This document shows, piece by piece, positions 38,676 to 49,329 of a DNA stretch of 64,000 bases. A model generated the notes under the pieces. It saw nothing but the letters and a program-made list of their open reading frames with translations, was not told the origin of the DNA and ran no database searches. The first letter of the stretch is position 1. The number at the start of each line of letters is the position of its first letter. Origin of the DNA: an uncultured delta proteobacterium (GTDB lineage Bacteria > Desulfobacterota > Binatia > UBA9968). Position numbers and translations under genes: made by a program. The stretch spans positions 64,001 to 128,000 of the forward strand of contig CAVSHR010000003.1 of the NCBI GenBank assembly GCA_963727625.1, given 5' to 3'.

Positions 38676-40954
38676 CGGCGCCGGTGGATCAAAAAGACTC
38701 CGAGCGCGGCGAGCTCAGCGGTCGACGACTGGTGATCGTTTCCAATCGTTTGCCGTTCAGTGTCGAAATCGATGATGGCCGGCTGTTGTTTCAACCGAGC
38801 GCCGGCGGTCTGGCCACGGGCCTGGCCTCGTTGCGCCAGGCGGGCAAGCAAAGCGCCGCGCTGCCGAGCGAACATTTGTGGGTCGGCTGGCCGGGCCGAA
38901 GCATCGAGAGCTCGCTCCAAGCGGAAGTCGCGCGCGAGGCCGCGGCACGGTTTCAATCCCACCCGGTGTTTCTCACCGAAGAGGAAATGGAGCATTTTTA
39001 CCTGGGGTTTTGCAACTCGACGATCTGGCCGCTGTTTCATTACTTTACCTCTTACGCGGTTTACCAGCCGCCTTTCTGGGAGCAATACAAACACATCAAT
39101 CAACTCTTCGCGGATGCGCTGGAGTCGGTGCTCCGGCCCGATGATGTCGTCTGGGTGCACGACTATCATCTGATGCTGCTGCCGCGCCTGCTAAAGGCGC
39201 GCCAGCGCGAATTATCGGTCGGCTTTTTTCTGCATATTCCATTTCCGTCTTTTGAAGTGTTTCGCCTGCTGCCGGGCGAGTGGCGCCGCGAAATTTTAGA
39301 GGGACTTTTAGGCGCCGATCTCATCGGTTTTCATACCTACGAATACACGCGCCATTTTTTGCAATGCGTGTTGCGAATCCTCGGCTACGAGCATCAAATG
39401 AGCCAAGTGATGACGACGGATCATGTTGTCAGAGTAGACACGTTTCCGATGGGGATCGACGTCGATAAGTTTGCCGGCGCGCCGCAAAACGAAGAGACCG
39501 GGCGGGAAATCGACGAGCTTAAAAATGCCCTTTCCGGCGTCAAACTGATCCTCTCGGTGGACCGGCTGGATTACTCCAAGGGGATTTTGAACCGCTTGGA
39601 GGGTTACGAATTATTTCTCGAAAACAATCTCGAATATCACGGCAAAGTCGCCTTGTTGATGGTGGTGGTGCCGTCGCGCATCGGCGTGCTGCAATACGAT
39701 CTGATGAAACGGCAGCTCGAAGAGATGGTCGGCAAGATCAACGGTCGTTTCGGCCAGGTCGGCTGGACGCCGGTGTTGTATCAATACCGCCACGTGCCGT
39801 TTGCCTCGCTGGCCGCGCTCTACGCCGTGAGCGATGTCTGCCTGGTGACGCCGCTGCGCGACGGCATGAATTTGGTCGCCAAGGAGTACGTGGCCACGCG
39901 GGGTGACGGTGCCGGCGTGCTGATCCTAAGTGAAATGGCCGGGGCGGCGAAAGAACTTCCTGAAGCGATTATCATCAATCCCAATAACCGCGTGGAAATT
40001 GCCGCCGCGCTGAAAGAAGCGCTGGAAACCCCGCCGCAAGAGCAACAGAAGCGCCATCGGCTGATGCAGCGCCGCTTGCGTCGCTATAGCGTGACGCGCT
40101 GGGCGAGCGATTTTTTGATTACGCTGATGGCTATGCGCGAGGTGCAAAATCGCTTCGAGTCAAAGCTCTTGACCCCGGCAGCCCGGCTCGAGATTCTGGA
40201 GCGTTACGAAAACAGCCGGCGCCGGCTGTTCTTTCTCGATTATGACGGCACATTAACACCGCTGGTCCGCCATCCAGGCCTGGCCGAACTCGATGACAGC
40301 AAACGCGCACTGTTGCGCGCGCTGGCGTCCGAGCCGAAGAACAGCATAGTTGTCGCCAGCGGCAGAGAACGCCAGACGCTCGAAGACTGGCTCGGCGCTT
40401 TAGCCATCGGTTTGGTAGCGGAGCATGGGGCGTGGCTGAAATTCGCCGGCCACGACTGGCGGCGCGCAAAGCCAGTGGCCAACGAATGGAAGCGCGAACT
40501 GCTGCCGATATTGGAGATTTATGCGGATCGGTTGCCTGGCGCCCTCGTCGAAGAAAAGGAAGCTTCGGTGGCGTGGCACTATCGCATGGCGGATCCGGAA
40601 CAGGCGGCGCTGTGCGCTCCGGAATTAATCGATCACCTCTTAAATATGACCGCGAAAACGGATTTGCAGTTGATTCAAGGCAATAAAGTGGTGGAAATTC
40701 GCCAAACCGGGGTCAACAAGGGTGCCGCCGCGGTATCTTGGCTGACCAACGACGATTACGATTTTATCCTGGGCATTGGCGATGACACCACCGATGAGGA
40801 TTTTTTTAAAACACTTCCGGCCTCGGCCTACACCATTCGGGTCGGCATGGCGGCTACCCATGCTCAATACAATCTTCACAATAGCGATGAAGTCATCGAC
40901 CTGTTGCACGCCTTCGCGGCCTTGAGAGAAGCCAAATCGGACAGGGGCGAATAG
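38672..40954 (+). CDS. Bifunctional trehalose-6-phosphate synthase/phosphatase
   Basis: VSNRLP, WVHDYHL, FLHIPFP, DRLDYSKG, RDGMNLVAKE; HAD motifs FLDYDGTL and IGDDTTDED. Confidence 0.93.
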   Translation: MTAPVDQKDSERGELSGRRLVIVSNRLPFSVEIDDGRLLFQPSAGGLATGLASLRQAGKQSAALPSEHLWVGWPGRSIESSLQAEVAREAAARFQSHPVFLTEEEMEHFYLGFCNSTIWPLFHYFTSYAVYQPPFWEQYKHINQLFADALESVLRPDDVVWVHDYHLMLLPRLLKARQRELSVGFFLHIPFPSFEVFRLLPGEWRREILEGLLGADLIGFHTYEYTRHFLQCVLRILGYEHQMSQVMTTDHVVRVDTFPMGIDVDKFAGAPQNEETGREIDELKNALSGVKLILSVDRLDYSKGILNRLEGYELFLENNLEYHGKVALLMVVVPSRIGVLQYDLMKRQLEEMVGKINGRFGQVGWTPVLYQYRHVPFASLAALYAVSDVCLVTPLRDGMNLVAKEYVATRGDGAGVLILSEMAGAAKELPEAIIINPNNRVEIAAALKEALETPPQEQQKRHRLMQRRLRRYSVTRWASDFLITLMAMREVQNRFESKLLTPAARLEILERYENSRRRLFFLDYDGTLTPLVRHPGLAELDDSKRALLRALASEPKNSIVVASGRERQTLEDWLGALAIGLVAEHGAWLKFAGHDWRRAKPVANEWKRELLPILEIYADRLPGALVEEKEASVAWHYRMADPEQAALCAPELIDHLLNMTAKTDLQLIQGNKVVEIRQTGVNKGAAAVSWLTNDDYDFILGIGDDTTDEDFFKTLPASAYTIRVGMAATHAQYNLHNSDEVIDLLHAFAALREAKSDRGE

Positions 40955-41378
40955 TCTGTTTCGTTGGCGCATGGCCCGCTGTCCTTATGGCAGACTAAGC
41001 GTCACTTGCGAATCAGTGCCTCGCCGCTATCGAAGGGGCAGATGAAATTTCGCTACCGCGCCAATCAGGATATTGTCGGCTGCCCAAGCGACGGTCGACT
41101 TTGGCCGGAACGCGGCGCGTCAATTTTGCGCAGCGACTTTTTTTTGGGCAACGAAAGCCGTTGCAAGCACGGCTTGAGGGCGCGAATACCGCGGCAAGGC
41201 CGCACGGTTGGCAGCGGTCTCATCGGTGGGCCATTAAATTAAAGTTTCGTTGTCGCGCTTATCCCCGGCGAAGATTTTGCATGGGGGCGGCAAGTAAAAA
41301 ATCATGCGGGCAACTTGCGTCGCCCGCATGGCGTGTTAATGCTCGACGAATTAGCCGTCGACAAGACGCGAGGACGTT

Positions 41379-43208
41379 ATGTCAACAACCGAGATAAAGG
41401 GCGGGAACAGCGACGGCGCCAGCGTCGTCATGCTTTCCGCGGGAAAATTTGTTTTCGGCTGTGTGCTCACCGCCGGGGTCCTGCTATGGGCGGGGCGGGT
41501 GGCGGCGTTGCCGCTTTGGCTGCTCGCCGCGGAAGTGTTTGCCACGATCATCGGCCTGTTTCTATTCGGCTCGTTCAAGTATCAAATCCACAAAAACGCG
41601 CTCACCTACGGCATGTCGATGGTCATCGTGGCGACTTTTGCCGGCTTGGCAAGCTCGGAATGGCACAGTCAGATTGCCGCGTCCGGCTGGTGGCCTTGGG
41701 CACGGGAGAGTCTGCTTTCGTTTCACGGCCTGGACGACGTCGTCCACGCCGACACGATGTTGTTTATTCTCGGACTGACGTTTTTCGTCGCGGTGATCGC
41801 ACAGACAAGGTTGCTAGAAGGAATTACCTTTGTTTTATTGCGGCGCTACCGCGGCCATATTCTGCCGACGGTGATTTCGGTTACCGCCGTGGTCGCTTTC
41901 GCTTCGGGAATTCTCGATGGCGTGTCGATGATCGGACTGACGATTCGCACGCTGGTGATCATCATGATGCTGGCGGCTGCGCCCACGTCCGCAGTCCGCT
42001 ATGCGGTCATGGTGTGTACGGTGGTGACGACTGTTTGCGGCATCTGGTTGGCCTACGGCGAGCCGCCCAATCTGATCATGAAAGCCAACTTGCATCCCTA
42101 CCTCGACAATGCTTTTTTCTTGCGCTATTGCGCGCCGGCGGCGATCGCCTGCTATCTCGTCATCGCCTGGAAACTGAAGCGCAAACTGGGCGGCGGTCAG
42201 ATCCATCTCGACGCCATGGATGTCATCGACGCGAACGTGGAAGACGTTCGCTTTCTCCAGGCATCGCGCCACGGCGAGGTTCTGAGCAGCATTGAGTTGG
42301 TTGAGAGCAGCGGGGATGAGCTAGGCGAGAGGGCCGATCGGGTCGTCGAGCGACTGCGCGAGGGCGAATCGCTGGGCATCGCCCTGGCGCACGAGGACGT
42401 TCCGGAAGCGACGCGCATAAAGTTGCTGGGTCACTTTGTCAGCGAGGAGCTGGCGGAGGCGCTGGACCGCCACTACCTGCTCGACGCCAGGGGCGATCAC
42501 CACGGCGCCCTGGAGGCCGAGAAAGTTGTCGATCACACCATCGCCAGCTTTGCCAAGCGCCGTAAGCAGGCGCAAAAAATCGGCGCCTTGGCACTCATCC
42601 CGTTTATCGGCCTGTTGATCGCTCACGGCATCAACCATAACGTGCCGCTTTTTTTGGCTTCCTTCGGGGGCTTCTTGGTCGCCTTTCTAGGCATTTTTAA
42701 CATCGCCAAGATGCGCGCGCTCGCGCTGCGCGAAGCGCGCCATGAGTACGCCGAATATTATTTTCTCTTTCCGTTGTTTCTATCGATTACACTGTTGACC
42801 AAGGCGGGGTTTTTCGACGCGCTCCAGGCGCTCATCCTTCATGGCATCGACACGCTCGGCCATGGCCATGTGGCGTTCGCCCAGTTCGTCGGTTGCACGT
42901 TTCTGTCGGCAATCCTTGACAACAACGTGGTTGCCGATTTTGCCTCGCGCGCGCTCCATCGCCTGGACATCACGATCATGCATTTGTTCGCCATGTCGCA
43001 GATCGCGGGCTACGCGCTCGGCGGCTGCTGGACGCATATCGGCTCGGCGCAATCGGTGGTGGCCTTCGCGTTTATCCGCCGCGACGTCGACGACCGATAC
43101 ACGCCGGTGCAATGGATCAAAGAAATGACGCCGATCATTCTCGAGATGCTGGTGTTGATCACGGTGATTATCTATGCCGAAAGCGCGCTGCTCAGCTGGC
43201 TGCACTGA
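41379..43208 (+). CDS. ArsB/NhaD/SLC13-superfamily permease with a central soluble insertion
   Basis: SGILDGVS, GEPPNLI, SAILDNNV, GGCWTHIGSAQS. Confidence 0.8.
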   Translation: MSTTEIKGGNSDGASVVMLSAGKFVFGCVLTAGVLLWAGRVAALPLWLLAAEVFATIIGLFLFGSFKYQIHKNALTYGMSMVIVATFAGLASSEWHSQIAASGWWPWARESLLSFHGLDDVVHADTMLFILGLTFFVAVIAQTRLLEGITFVLLRRYRGHILPTVISVTAVVAFASGILDGVSMIGLTIRTLVIIMMLAAAPTSAVRYAVMVCTVVTTVCGIWLAYGEPPNLIMKANLHPYLDNAFFLRYCAPAAIACYLVIAWKLKRKLGGGQIHLDAMDVIDANVEDVRFLQASRHGEVLSSIELVESSGDELGERADRVVERLREGESLGIALAHEDVPEATRIKLLGHFVSEELAEALDRHYLLDARGDHHGALEAEKVVDHTIASFAKRRKQAQKIGALALIPFIGLLIAHGINHNVPLFLASFGGFLVAFLGIFNIAKMRALALREARHEYAEYYFLFPLFLSITLLTKAGFFDALQALILHGIDTLGHGHVAFAQFVGCTFLSAILDNNVVADFASRALHRLDITIMHLFAMSQIAGYALGGCWTHIGSAQSVVAFAFIRRDVDDRYTPVQWIKEMTPIILEMLVLITVIIYAESALLSWLH

Positions 43209-43637
43209 ATCGAGTTGGATGGATCATTGGCACATCGCGGCCGGCGCGATTAGAATTTTTCAAGGGCACGCCGCCCCGCCCCGCCCGCGACAACGGCTGG
43301 GTTAAATCCATACCGGAAACGGCGCTCTGAAAAGCGCCGTTTCTTTGTCGCTGCACCACCAAAAATTTACCGAGGCTGATTTGCGGCGAAAAAGGCGTTG
43401 ACAGCCTTCCCGCGCCGTTATATCGATTCATGGTCCGTCATTCGCCAGGATTGGAAAACTCGCCGCGGTGCTAGGAACAAGGTGGTGGGGCCGTAGGGGG
43501 GGGTTGAATCGTCCCATGGTCGAGAAAATTCAGATTTCGGAATGCAGCGCGCAGGTCAATTTACGGTAGCCGGCGCTTCAAGGCTTCGCATCGCGATTGG
43601 GGGGAGCCGGCGTCAGACGAAAGCGGAGGGATCGACG

Positions 43638-44642
43638 ATGGTCATAATCGCGTTTCTGCTATTGCTCGCTTCAGTGGTTTCAGTCGGGCCCGCTTCAGCA
43701 CAGTCGGCCGAAACGTTGAGCGGGGCAAAAAAGGAAGGCGAAGTCGTCCTCTACACCACGATGACCGTGCGCGACTTCCAAGTCTTCAACAAGGCCGCCA
43801 AGGAAAAATACCCGTTTCTGACTATCCGCCATGTTTATCTCAGCTCGGCACGGCAGACCGCGCGCGTTATGCAGGAATTCCGCGCCGGGCGGGTTCAGGC
43901 CGACGTTTTGGGCAACAGCCCCGAGACTTTGATCTATTTAAGAGAGCAGGGCGTGCTCGGTGCCTATCGCTCGCCAGAGACCGCTAACCTGCTAAAGAGC
44001 ACCTGGGATCCGGACGGTTATTGGTCCGGCATTACAACGGATCTTCTCGTGACCGGTTTCAATCCCAAATTGATTGCCAAAGCCGCGGTGCCCAAAAACT
44101 ATGACGAATACTTATACCCGCAATTCAAGGGTCAGCTCGCCGTAAATCGCGGCGTGCCTTATCCGTTAACCGCCATGGTGTCGCTGCGCGGCGAAGAACA
44201 AGGAATCGCCTATTTTAAGAAATTCTCCCAACAAGGCTTGCAGCTGGTGGAAGGCTACACTCACACGGTCAATATGATGGCCGCGGGTGAATATCCGATG
44301 ACGGCATTCATGCAAGTTTCCAAGCTCGAAGCCATGAAGCGCAAAGGGGCGCCGGTCGATTGGCTTCCCAGCGCGCCAACTTTAGCGACCATTTCCACCG
44401 TGGCCATGATTAAAAATCCGCTTCACCCGGCGGCGGCGCAATTGCTGATCGACTTCTACCTTTCAGCGGAGGGCCAGCGGGCGCTGGCTGCGGCGGGGAA
44501 AATTCCCCTGCGTCGCGGCGTTAAAAGCAAGTCACGGGAGATCGACCAATTGATGGAAACCGGCGACTTGCATGTCGTCCTGCCGGCAGGCGGTTACGAC
44601 CGCTACATGAAAATATACAACGAATTTCTCGGCGTGAGATAA
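43638..44642 (+). CDS. Extracellular solute-binding protein (Fe3+-type ABC SBP)
   Basis: GGAGG RBS, signal peptide, AKKEGEVVLYT, GAPVDW, HPAAAQLLIDF. Confidence 0.88.
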   Translation: MVIIAFLLLLASVVSVGPASAQSAETLSGAKKEGEVVLYTTMTVRDFQVFNKAAKEKYPFLTIRHVYLSSARQTARVMQEFRAGRVQADVLGNSPETLIYLREQGVLGAYRSPETANLLKSTWDPDGYWSGITTDLLVTGFNPKLIAKAAVPKNYDEYLYPQFKGQLAVNRGVPYPLTAMVSLRGEEQGIAYFKKFSQQGLQLVEGYTHTVNMMAAGEYPMTAFMQVSKLEAMKRKGAPVDWLPSAPTLATISTVAMIKNPLHPAAAQLLIDFYLSAEGQRALAAAGKIPLRRGVKSKSREIDQLMETGDLHVVLPAGGYDRYMKIYNEFLGVR

Positions 44643-44939
44643 GCACCGCACGAAAGAATTCCGCCGCGGGCCGACACCTTTTTCGCCGCTGCCACCGGTC
44701 CCCGTCGAAGGCGCTTTTTTCTTAGCGCTGCCAAGGCGCTTCATCGACGACGGCTTCGAGTTTCAGGTTTTTTACCGAAGTAAAAATCGATTCATCGGCG
44801 CAAACCTGCGAAGCAGAACGAACGCGGCGTTCGCGTGACACAGCGCAAGCGGCGAGGTCAAACGGCGCTGGGCAAGCTTGACAGCGCGGGAGCTTCAAAG
44901 CTATGCGTGCATCATCAGATTATCGAGGGAGATCGCCGC

Positions 44940-46013
44940 ATGGAAACGGATGTCAAAGGGAGCATGCCCATCAATCATGACAAGCTCTTGCGTTTCGTCC
45001 AGGCGGCCTTTGAAAAACTCGGCGTGCCCGTTGAAGATGCGCGCAGCGCCGCGGACGCGCTCGTGGCCGCGGACCTGCGCGGCGTCGATACCCACGGTGT
45101 GATCCGTTTCAGTCCGCAGGCTTGGTACGTCAAGTGGCTGGCCGAGGGGTCGATGACGGCGCGCCCCAATATTCGAGTGATTTCCGAGACTGCTTCCACC
45201 GCGCTGATCGATGGCGACCGCGGCATGGGCATGGTGGTGGGCCGGCGCGCCATGGAATTGGCGATTCACAAGGCGAAAGAGTCCGGCATCGGCATGGTTG
45301 GCGTGCGCAACAGCCGCCACTTCGGCATGTCCGCATACTATGCGATGCAGCCGTTGGCGCACGACATGATCGGCATCGCCATGACCAATGCAAGCCGGCA
45401 GGTGGTGCCGACCTTCGGCCGCGAAGCGAGGTTTGGAACCAATCCGATCTGCTTTGCCGTGCCGGCAGATCAAGAGCGTCCGTTCGTTTTAGACATGGCG
45501 ACAACCACAGCAGCAGCCGGCAAGCTCGAGCTCGCCGCCCGGCTCGGTAAATCTATTCCTGCGGGCTGGGCTCTGGATGAATCGGCGCGTTCGACGCTTG
45601 ATCCCCGTGTCGCGCAAAAGGCGCGCCGGCTGTTGCCCCTCGGCGGCTCGCGCGAAAGCGGCAGCCACAAAGGCTACGGCCTGGCGATACTCGTGGAAAT
45701 ACTTTGCGGCGTGCTGACCGGCACGATCACGGCGCTCAACGCCGATCAGGATCCGCGCGGCCATTTCTTCGGCGCGATCCGCGTCGACGCCTTTCGGCCG
45801 CCGGCGGAATTCAAACAAGACATGGATCGATTGATTCTTGAGTTGAAATCGACGCCGCCGATCGACGGGCAAGAAAGAGTTTATGTCGCAGGCGAAATCG
45901 AGTTTGAGACCGGGGAGGCAAGAGCGGAGCGAGGCATTCCGTTGCTTCCGTCGGTTCTCAAGGGATTGCGGGACGTGGGCGAGCAGCTCGGGGTGCCCTA
46001 TGATCTGGAATAA
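44940..46013 (+). CDS. Ldh_2 (malate/L-lactate/ureidoglycolate dehydrogenase) family oxidoreductase
   Basis: ADLRGVDTHG, RNSRHFG, GTNPI, DMATT, HKGYGLA. Confidence 0.92.
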   Translation: METDVKGSMPINHDKLLRFVQAAFEKLGVPVEDARSAADALVAADLRGVDTHGVIRFSPQAWYVKWLAEGSMTARPNIRVISETASTALIDGDRGMGMVVGRRAMELAIHKAKESGIGMVGVRNSRHFGMSAYYAMQPLAHDMIGIAMTNASRQVVPTFGREARFGTNPICFAVPADQERPFVLDMATTTAAAGKLELAARLGKSIPAGWALDESARSTLDPRVAQKARRLLPLGGSRESGSHKGYGLAILVEILCGVLTGTITALNADQDPRGHFFGAIRVDAFRPPAEFKQDMDRLILELKSTPPIDGQERVYVAGEIEFETGEARAERGIPLLPSVLKGLRDVGEQLGVPYDLE

Positions 46014-46109
46014 TTAAACCGACGCTGTTGGTTTTCCACTTCGGATTTGACGGCGGCGGCAATATTCTCGCGTCGAGCCTTACGGCTTCCACAAACCGTG
46101 CGCGCCGGA

Positions 46110-46709
46110 TCAATCACTGCCGCGCGAAATCACGACTTCTTTAAGCACGACATCTTTGATCGGGCGGTCGCGCTGGTCGCGGGGCACGTTGATGATCGCG
46201 TCGACGACGGTTTGGCCTTTCACCACTTCGCCGAACACGCTGTGGCGGCCGTCGAGCCATGGGGCGGGTTTTTGGGTGATGAAAAATTGGCTGCCGTTGG
46301 TGTTCGGTCCGGCGTTGGCCATGGACAGTATGCCGGGTTTGTTATGGCGCAAATCGGCGTTGAACTCGTCGGCGAAACGATAGCCGGGCCCGCCGGTGCC
46401 ATTGCCCAGCGGATCGCCGCCCTGAATCATAAAGCCGGGGATGACCCGATGAAAAATCGTGCCGTTGTAGAGCGGCCTTTTGACTTTCTCGCCGGTCTTG
46501 GGATCGATCCATTCTTTCGTGCCGGTGGCGAGACCGATGAAATTGGCGACCGTATGGGGCGCCTTGTCGTCAAACAGCCGGATGACGATATCGCCCATGC
46601 TGGTCTTCAAGGTCGCGTAGACGGGCCCTTTCTTTTCCGGCCGGTCGGCCGCGCGCGCATGGCTGCCGCTCAGGACTAGCGCGGCCATCAGGCAAAAAAT
46701 CTTCAGCAT
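46110..46709 (-). CDS. Cyclophilin-type peptidyl-prolyl cis-trans isomerase
   Basis: [41 protein letters not shown]; signal peptide. Confidence 0.95.
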   Translation of the reverse strand: MLKIFCLMAALVLSGSHARAADRPEKKGPVYATLKTSMGDIVIRLFDDKAPHTVANFIGLATGTKEWIDPKTGEKVKRPLYNGTIFHRVIPGFMIQGGDPLGNGTGGPGYRFADEFNADLRHNKPGILSMANAGPNTNGSQFFITQKPAPWLDGRHSVFGEVVKGQTVVDAIINVPRDQRDRPIKDVVLKEVVISRGSD

Positions 46710-46716
46710 CGGCTTC

Positions 46717-46770
46717 TCACCTCTTATTATCCAATTCGGCGATGGCTTCGTTGACGAATCTCAAGTCCAG
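46717..46770 (-). pseudogene. 3' tip remnant of an SBP gene
   Basis: [17 protein letters not shown], compare FLDMRFVAELDKKGGK* of 1756-2718. Confidence 0.4.
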
Positions 46771-47096
46771 CTATGCCAGCGTAGCGCGCCCCGGCTTCAT
46801 GTTCATTTAGGGCGACCGCTTGCCGGTGCGTTGTCAGCTCGACGCCTTGCTCGGTCGGCACCGGATTCAAATCTTTAAACTAAAGTGTCTGTCGGGGTCA
46901 AGGAGAACCCTTGCAAGACTTGCATCATTAACGTTTGTTATAGATTAGAAACGGCCAAGATTAAATCCTCTTGGGCGTCGCAAAAGCGCCCCCGAAGCGG
47001 GTGTATTTCATTATTGCTTTTCCGAGCAACCCTGTTTTGACAATGAGGTTGTCGGATGTTATAGGAAACACTGCCCAAACAGGGGGAAAGCTTTAT

Positions 47097-47663
47097 ATGG
47101 CTTGGTTTGATCGAAACCCTGGTGGAAAAGCAGAGACGGAAAAGCTCCCGGAAAATCCGAAACCGGCGCCCGAGCCTCCTGCTCAGACGGTGGTTGCAGC
47201 GCCGAAGCCTGCTAATCCCGCGGCGGAGGTTGCCCCGCCGCCTTCGACGGCCGGACTCGCCGGTTTTCTTTATAAAGGGAGCCGGGTTAGCGGTCAGTTA
47301 AGTTTTCAAGGGCCTGCCAGAATCGATGGAATTGTGGATGGGGAAATCCAGAGTCAGGCTACGCTGACCATTGGTGAAGGCGCCGAAGTTCGCGCCAAGA
47401 TCTCTGGGCAAGTTGTCGTAATTCGCGGCAAGGTCGAAGGCAATGTCACTGCCAAGGAAAAAGTCGAATTGCTGGCGCCGGCGCGATTGATCGGCAATAT
47501 CAAAGCCCCCCGATTGATCATCACAGAGGGCGTGGTGTTCGACGGTGACTGCTCCATGGGAGTGGCTAAGCAAATGGGCGGGGTCGCAAGTTCGCGTGCT
47601 GTGAGCGACGATAAGGCTGCGGCGGCGCCAATGGCAAAGTTGCAGGCTGATTCAAAGAATTAG
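47097..47663 (+). CDS. Bactofilin (polymer-forming cytoskeletal protein)
   Basis: Pro-rich N-terminus, RIDGIVDGEI, LTIGEGAEV, GKVEGNV, GVVFDGDCSM. Confidence 0.9.
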   Translation: MAWFDRNPGGKAETEKLPENPKPAPEPPAQTVVAAPKPANPAAEVAPPPSTAGLAGFLYKGSRVSGQLSFQGPARIDGIVDGEIQSQATLTIGEGAEVRAKISGQVVVIRGKVEGNVTAKEKVELLAPARLIGNIKAPRLIITEGVVFDGDCSMGVAKQMGGVASSRAVSDDKAAAAPMAKLQADSKN

Positions 47664-47803
47664 GCTTCGGTTCGCCGTTTTTTCCATCCCGAGATCCTAC
47701 GTTCATCATCGAAGGTAGGTTTTTTATTATCTGGCCTTGGGTTTTAGATTGCCCGGGCGAGTGCGGTGCTCGCGAAGGTGTAGTTAAAATCGGAATCTGA
47801 CGA

Positions 47804-48232
47804 ATGATCTCCTTAGATATCAGCATTCTTTATCAGGCCATCCTGTTTGTGATTTTGTGGCTGGTCCTCAACAAGGTTTTGTTTCAGCCCTACCTGAAGC
47901 TGCTGGAAGATCGCGAGCATAAAACCACCGGTGCGCAGCATGATTGCGCCGATTTAGAATACGAAGGCGCCCAGTTGCGCGCGCAATACCAAGAGAAAAT
48001 CGCCCAAGCGCAGTCCGCCGGCTATGCAGCGAAGGGCGCCATTTTGCAGGCTGCGCGCGAAGAGCGCGAGAAGCTGCTTGGCGAAGCGCGCCAGCAGGCG
48101 GCGAATCATCTAGAGCGGGTGCGCCAGGAAATCGCCGCGGCGGTGGAGCAAGAAAGACGGCTCGCCGGCGCTGAGGCGGCGGCGCTCGCGGGCGACATGG
48201 TCAGCAAAGTCCTTGGGAGGAAAGTCGCGTGA
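47804..48232 (+). CDS. ATP synthase F0 subunit b'
   Basis: N-terminal TM segment, LFQPYLKLLEDRE, coiled coil; operon position. Confidence 0.88.
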   Translation: MISLDISILYQAILFVILWLVLNKVLFQPYLKLLEDREHKTTGAQHDCADLEYEGAQLRAQYQEKIAQAQSAGYAAKGAILQAAREEREKLLGEARQQAANHLERVRQEIAAAVEQERRLAGAEAAALAGDMVSKVLGRKVA

Positions 48233-48780
48233 GCCTGCTGGAATTGTTTGGCCCGGCGCAAGCCTGGGCTTCGGCGGCGGCCGGCGCGGAGCATCATGTG
48301 CCGGCGATCACCGAGGTCATCTATCCGGCGATCAATTTCATTATTTACGCTGCAATCCTCTACTACTTCGCGCTGCCGCTGGTGCGCAGCTTTCTACGCT
48401 CGCGGCGCGAAGAAATCGTCGAGACGATCGCTCAGGCGTCGAGCAAAAAGCAGCAGGCCGAGGCGGTGGTCAACGAATACAAAGCCAAGCTAGCGGGCCT
48501 TGAAAGGGAAATTCAAACGATTCAGACGGCGCTGCGCCAGGAAGGCGAAAACGAAAAGGCCAAGTTGCACAGCGAAGCCCGGAAGCTGGCGGCCAAGATT
48601 CAGGAGGACGCGCGCTTCCTCGCCGACCAGGAGGTCAAGATGGCGCGTCAAAAGGTGCGCGAAGAAATGGCCGATCAGGCTGAAGCGACAGCGGAAGAAT
48701 TGGTAAGGAAAAATATCTCCGCGGCCGACCAAAGCCGGCTGGCGGGTCAATTCATCCAGGATATCGGACAGGCGCGATGA
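48229..48780 (+). CDS. atpF: ATP synthase F0 subunit b
   Basis: INFIIY, FLRSRREEI, coiled coil. Confidence 0.88.
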   Translation: MSLLELFGPAQAWASAAAGAEHHVPAITEVIYPAINFIIYAAILYYFALPLVRSFLRSRREEIVETIAQASSKKQQAEAVVNEYKAKLAGLEREIQTIQTALRQEGENEKAKLHSEARKLAAKIQEDARFLADQEVKMARQKVREEMADQAEATAEELVRKNISAADQSRLAGQFIQDIGQAR

Positions 48781-49316
48781 TCGAAGGCAGCTTAAGTCGA
48801 CGATATGGCAAGGCGGTGTTTCAGCTCGCCTGCGAAGCGGGTGAAGAAGAACGGGTCGGCCGGGAGATCGAGCAGTTTCTTGCCGTCTACAACAATTCGG
48901 ATCTGCAGAAGGTGCTCACCAACCCGGCCTTTGACGTCGATACGCGAAAAAAAATTCTAAACCAGGTGACGCAAAGCCAGCAGCTATCGGCGCTGGCGGT
49001 TAAATTCTTATCCCTTCTCCTCGAACGCGACCGTCTGGTGCAGCTGCCCGGCATTGTCAGCCGCTACCGTCGCTTGCTCGACGAAGCGAAGGGACGAGTC
49101 GAAGTGAGAGTGGTGAGCGCGAGCGCGTTGGAAGCGACGGTGGTCGATCGGCTGCGCGAGAAGCTTCGCGTTATTTCCGGCAAAGACATCGTCTTGCAGG
49201 AAGGTACCGATCCGAGCCTGCTCGGGGGTCTGTTGATCGAACTCGAGGGCAAGGTCTACGACGGCAGCGTTCGCACCCAGCTTGAAAAGATGAAACAGCG
49301 CATCATGCGCGGCTAG
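48777..49316 (+). CDS. atpH: ATP synthase F1 subunit delta
   Basis: [22 protein letters not shown]. Confidence 0.93.
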   Translation: MIEGSLSRRYGKAVFQLACEAGEEERVGREIEQFLAVYNNSDLQKVLTNPAFDVDTRKKILNQVTQSQQLSALAVKFLSLLLERDRLVQLPGIVSRYRRLLDEAKGRVEVRVVSASALEATVVDRLREKLRVISGKDIVLQEGTDPSLLGGLLIELEGKVYDGSVRTQLEKMKQRIMRG

Positions 49317-49329
49317 CAAGGAGCCAAGT

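Noticed and set aside
41315-42295. 326 aa ORF overlapping the permease
   Set aside because: Frame-shadow with no recognisable features.
43485-43520. tmRNA/tRNA-like 5' end (GGGGCCG...)
   Set aside because: No matching acceptor stem, T-loop or CCA end was found.
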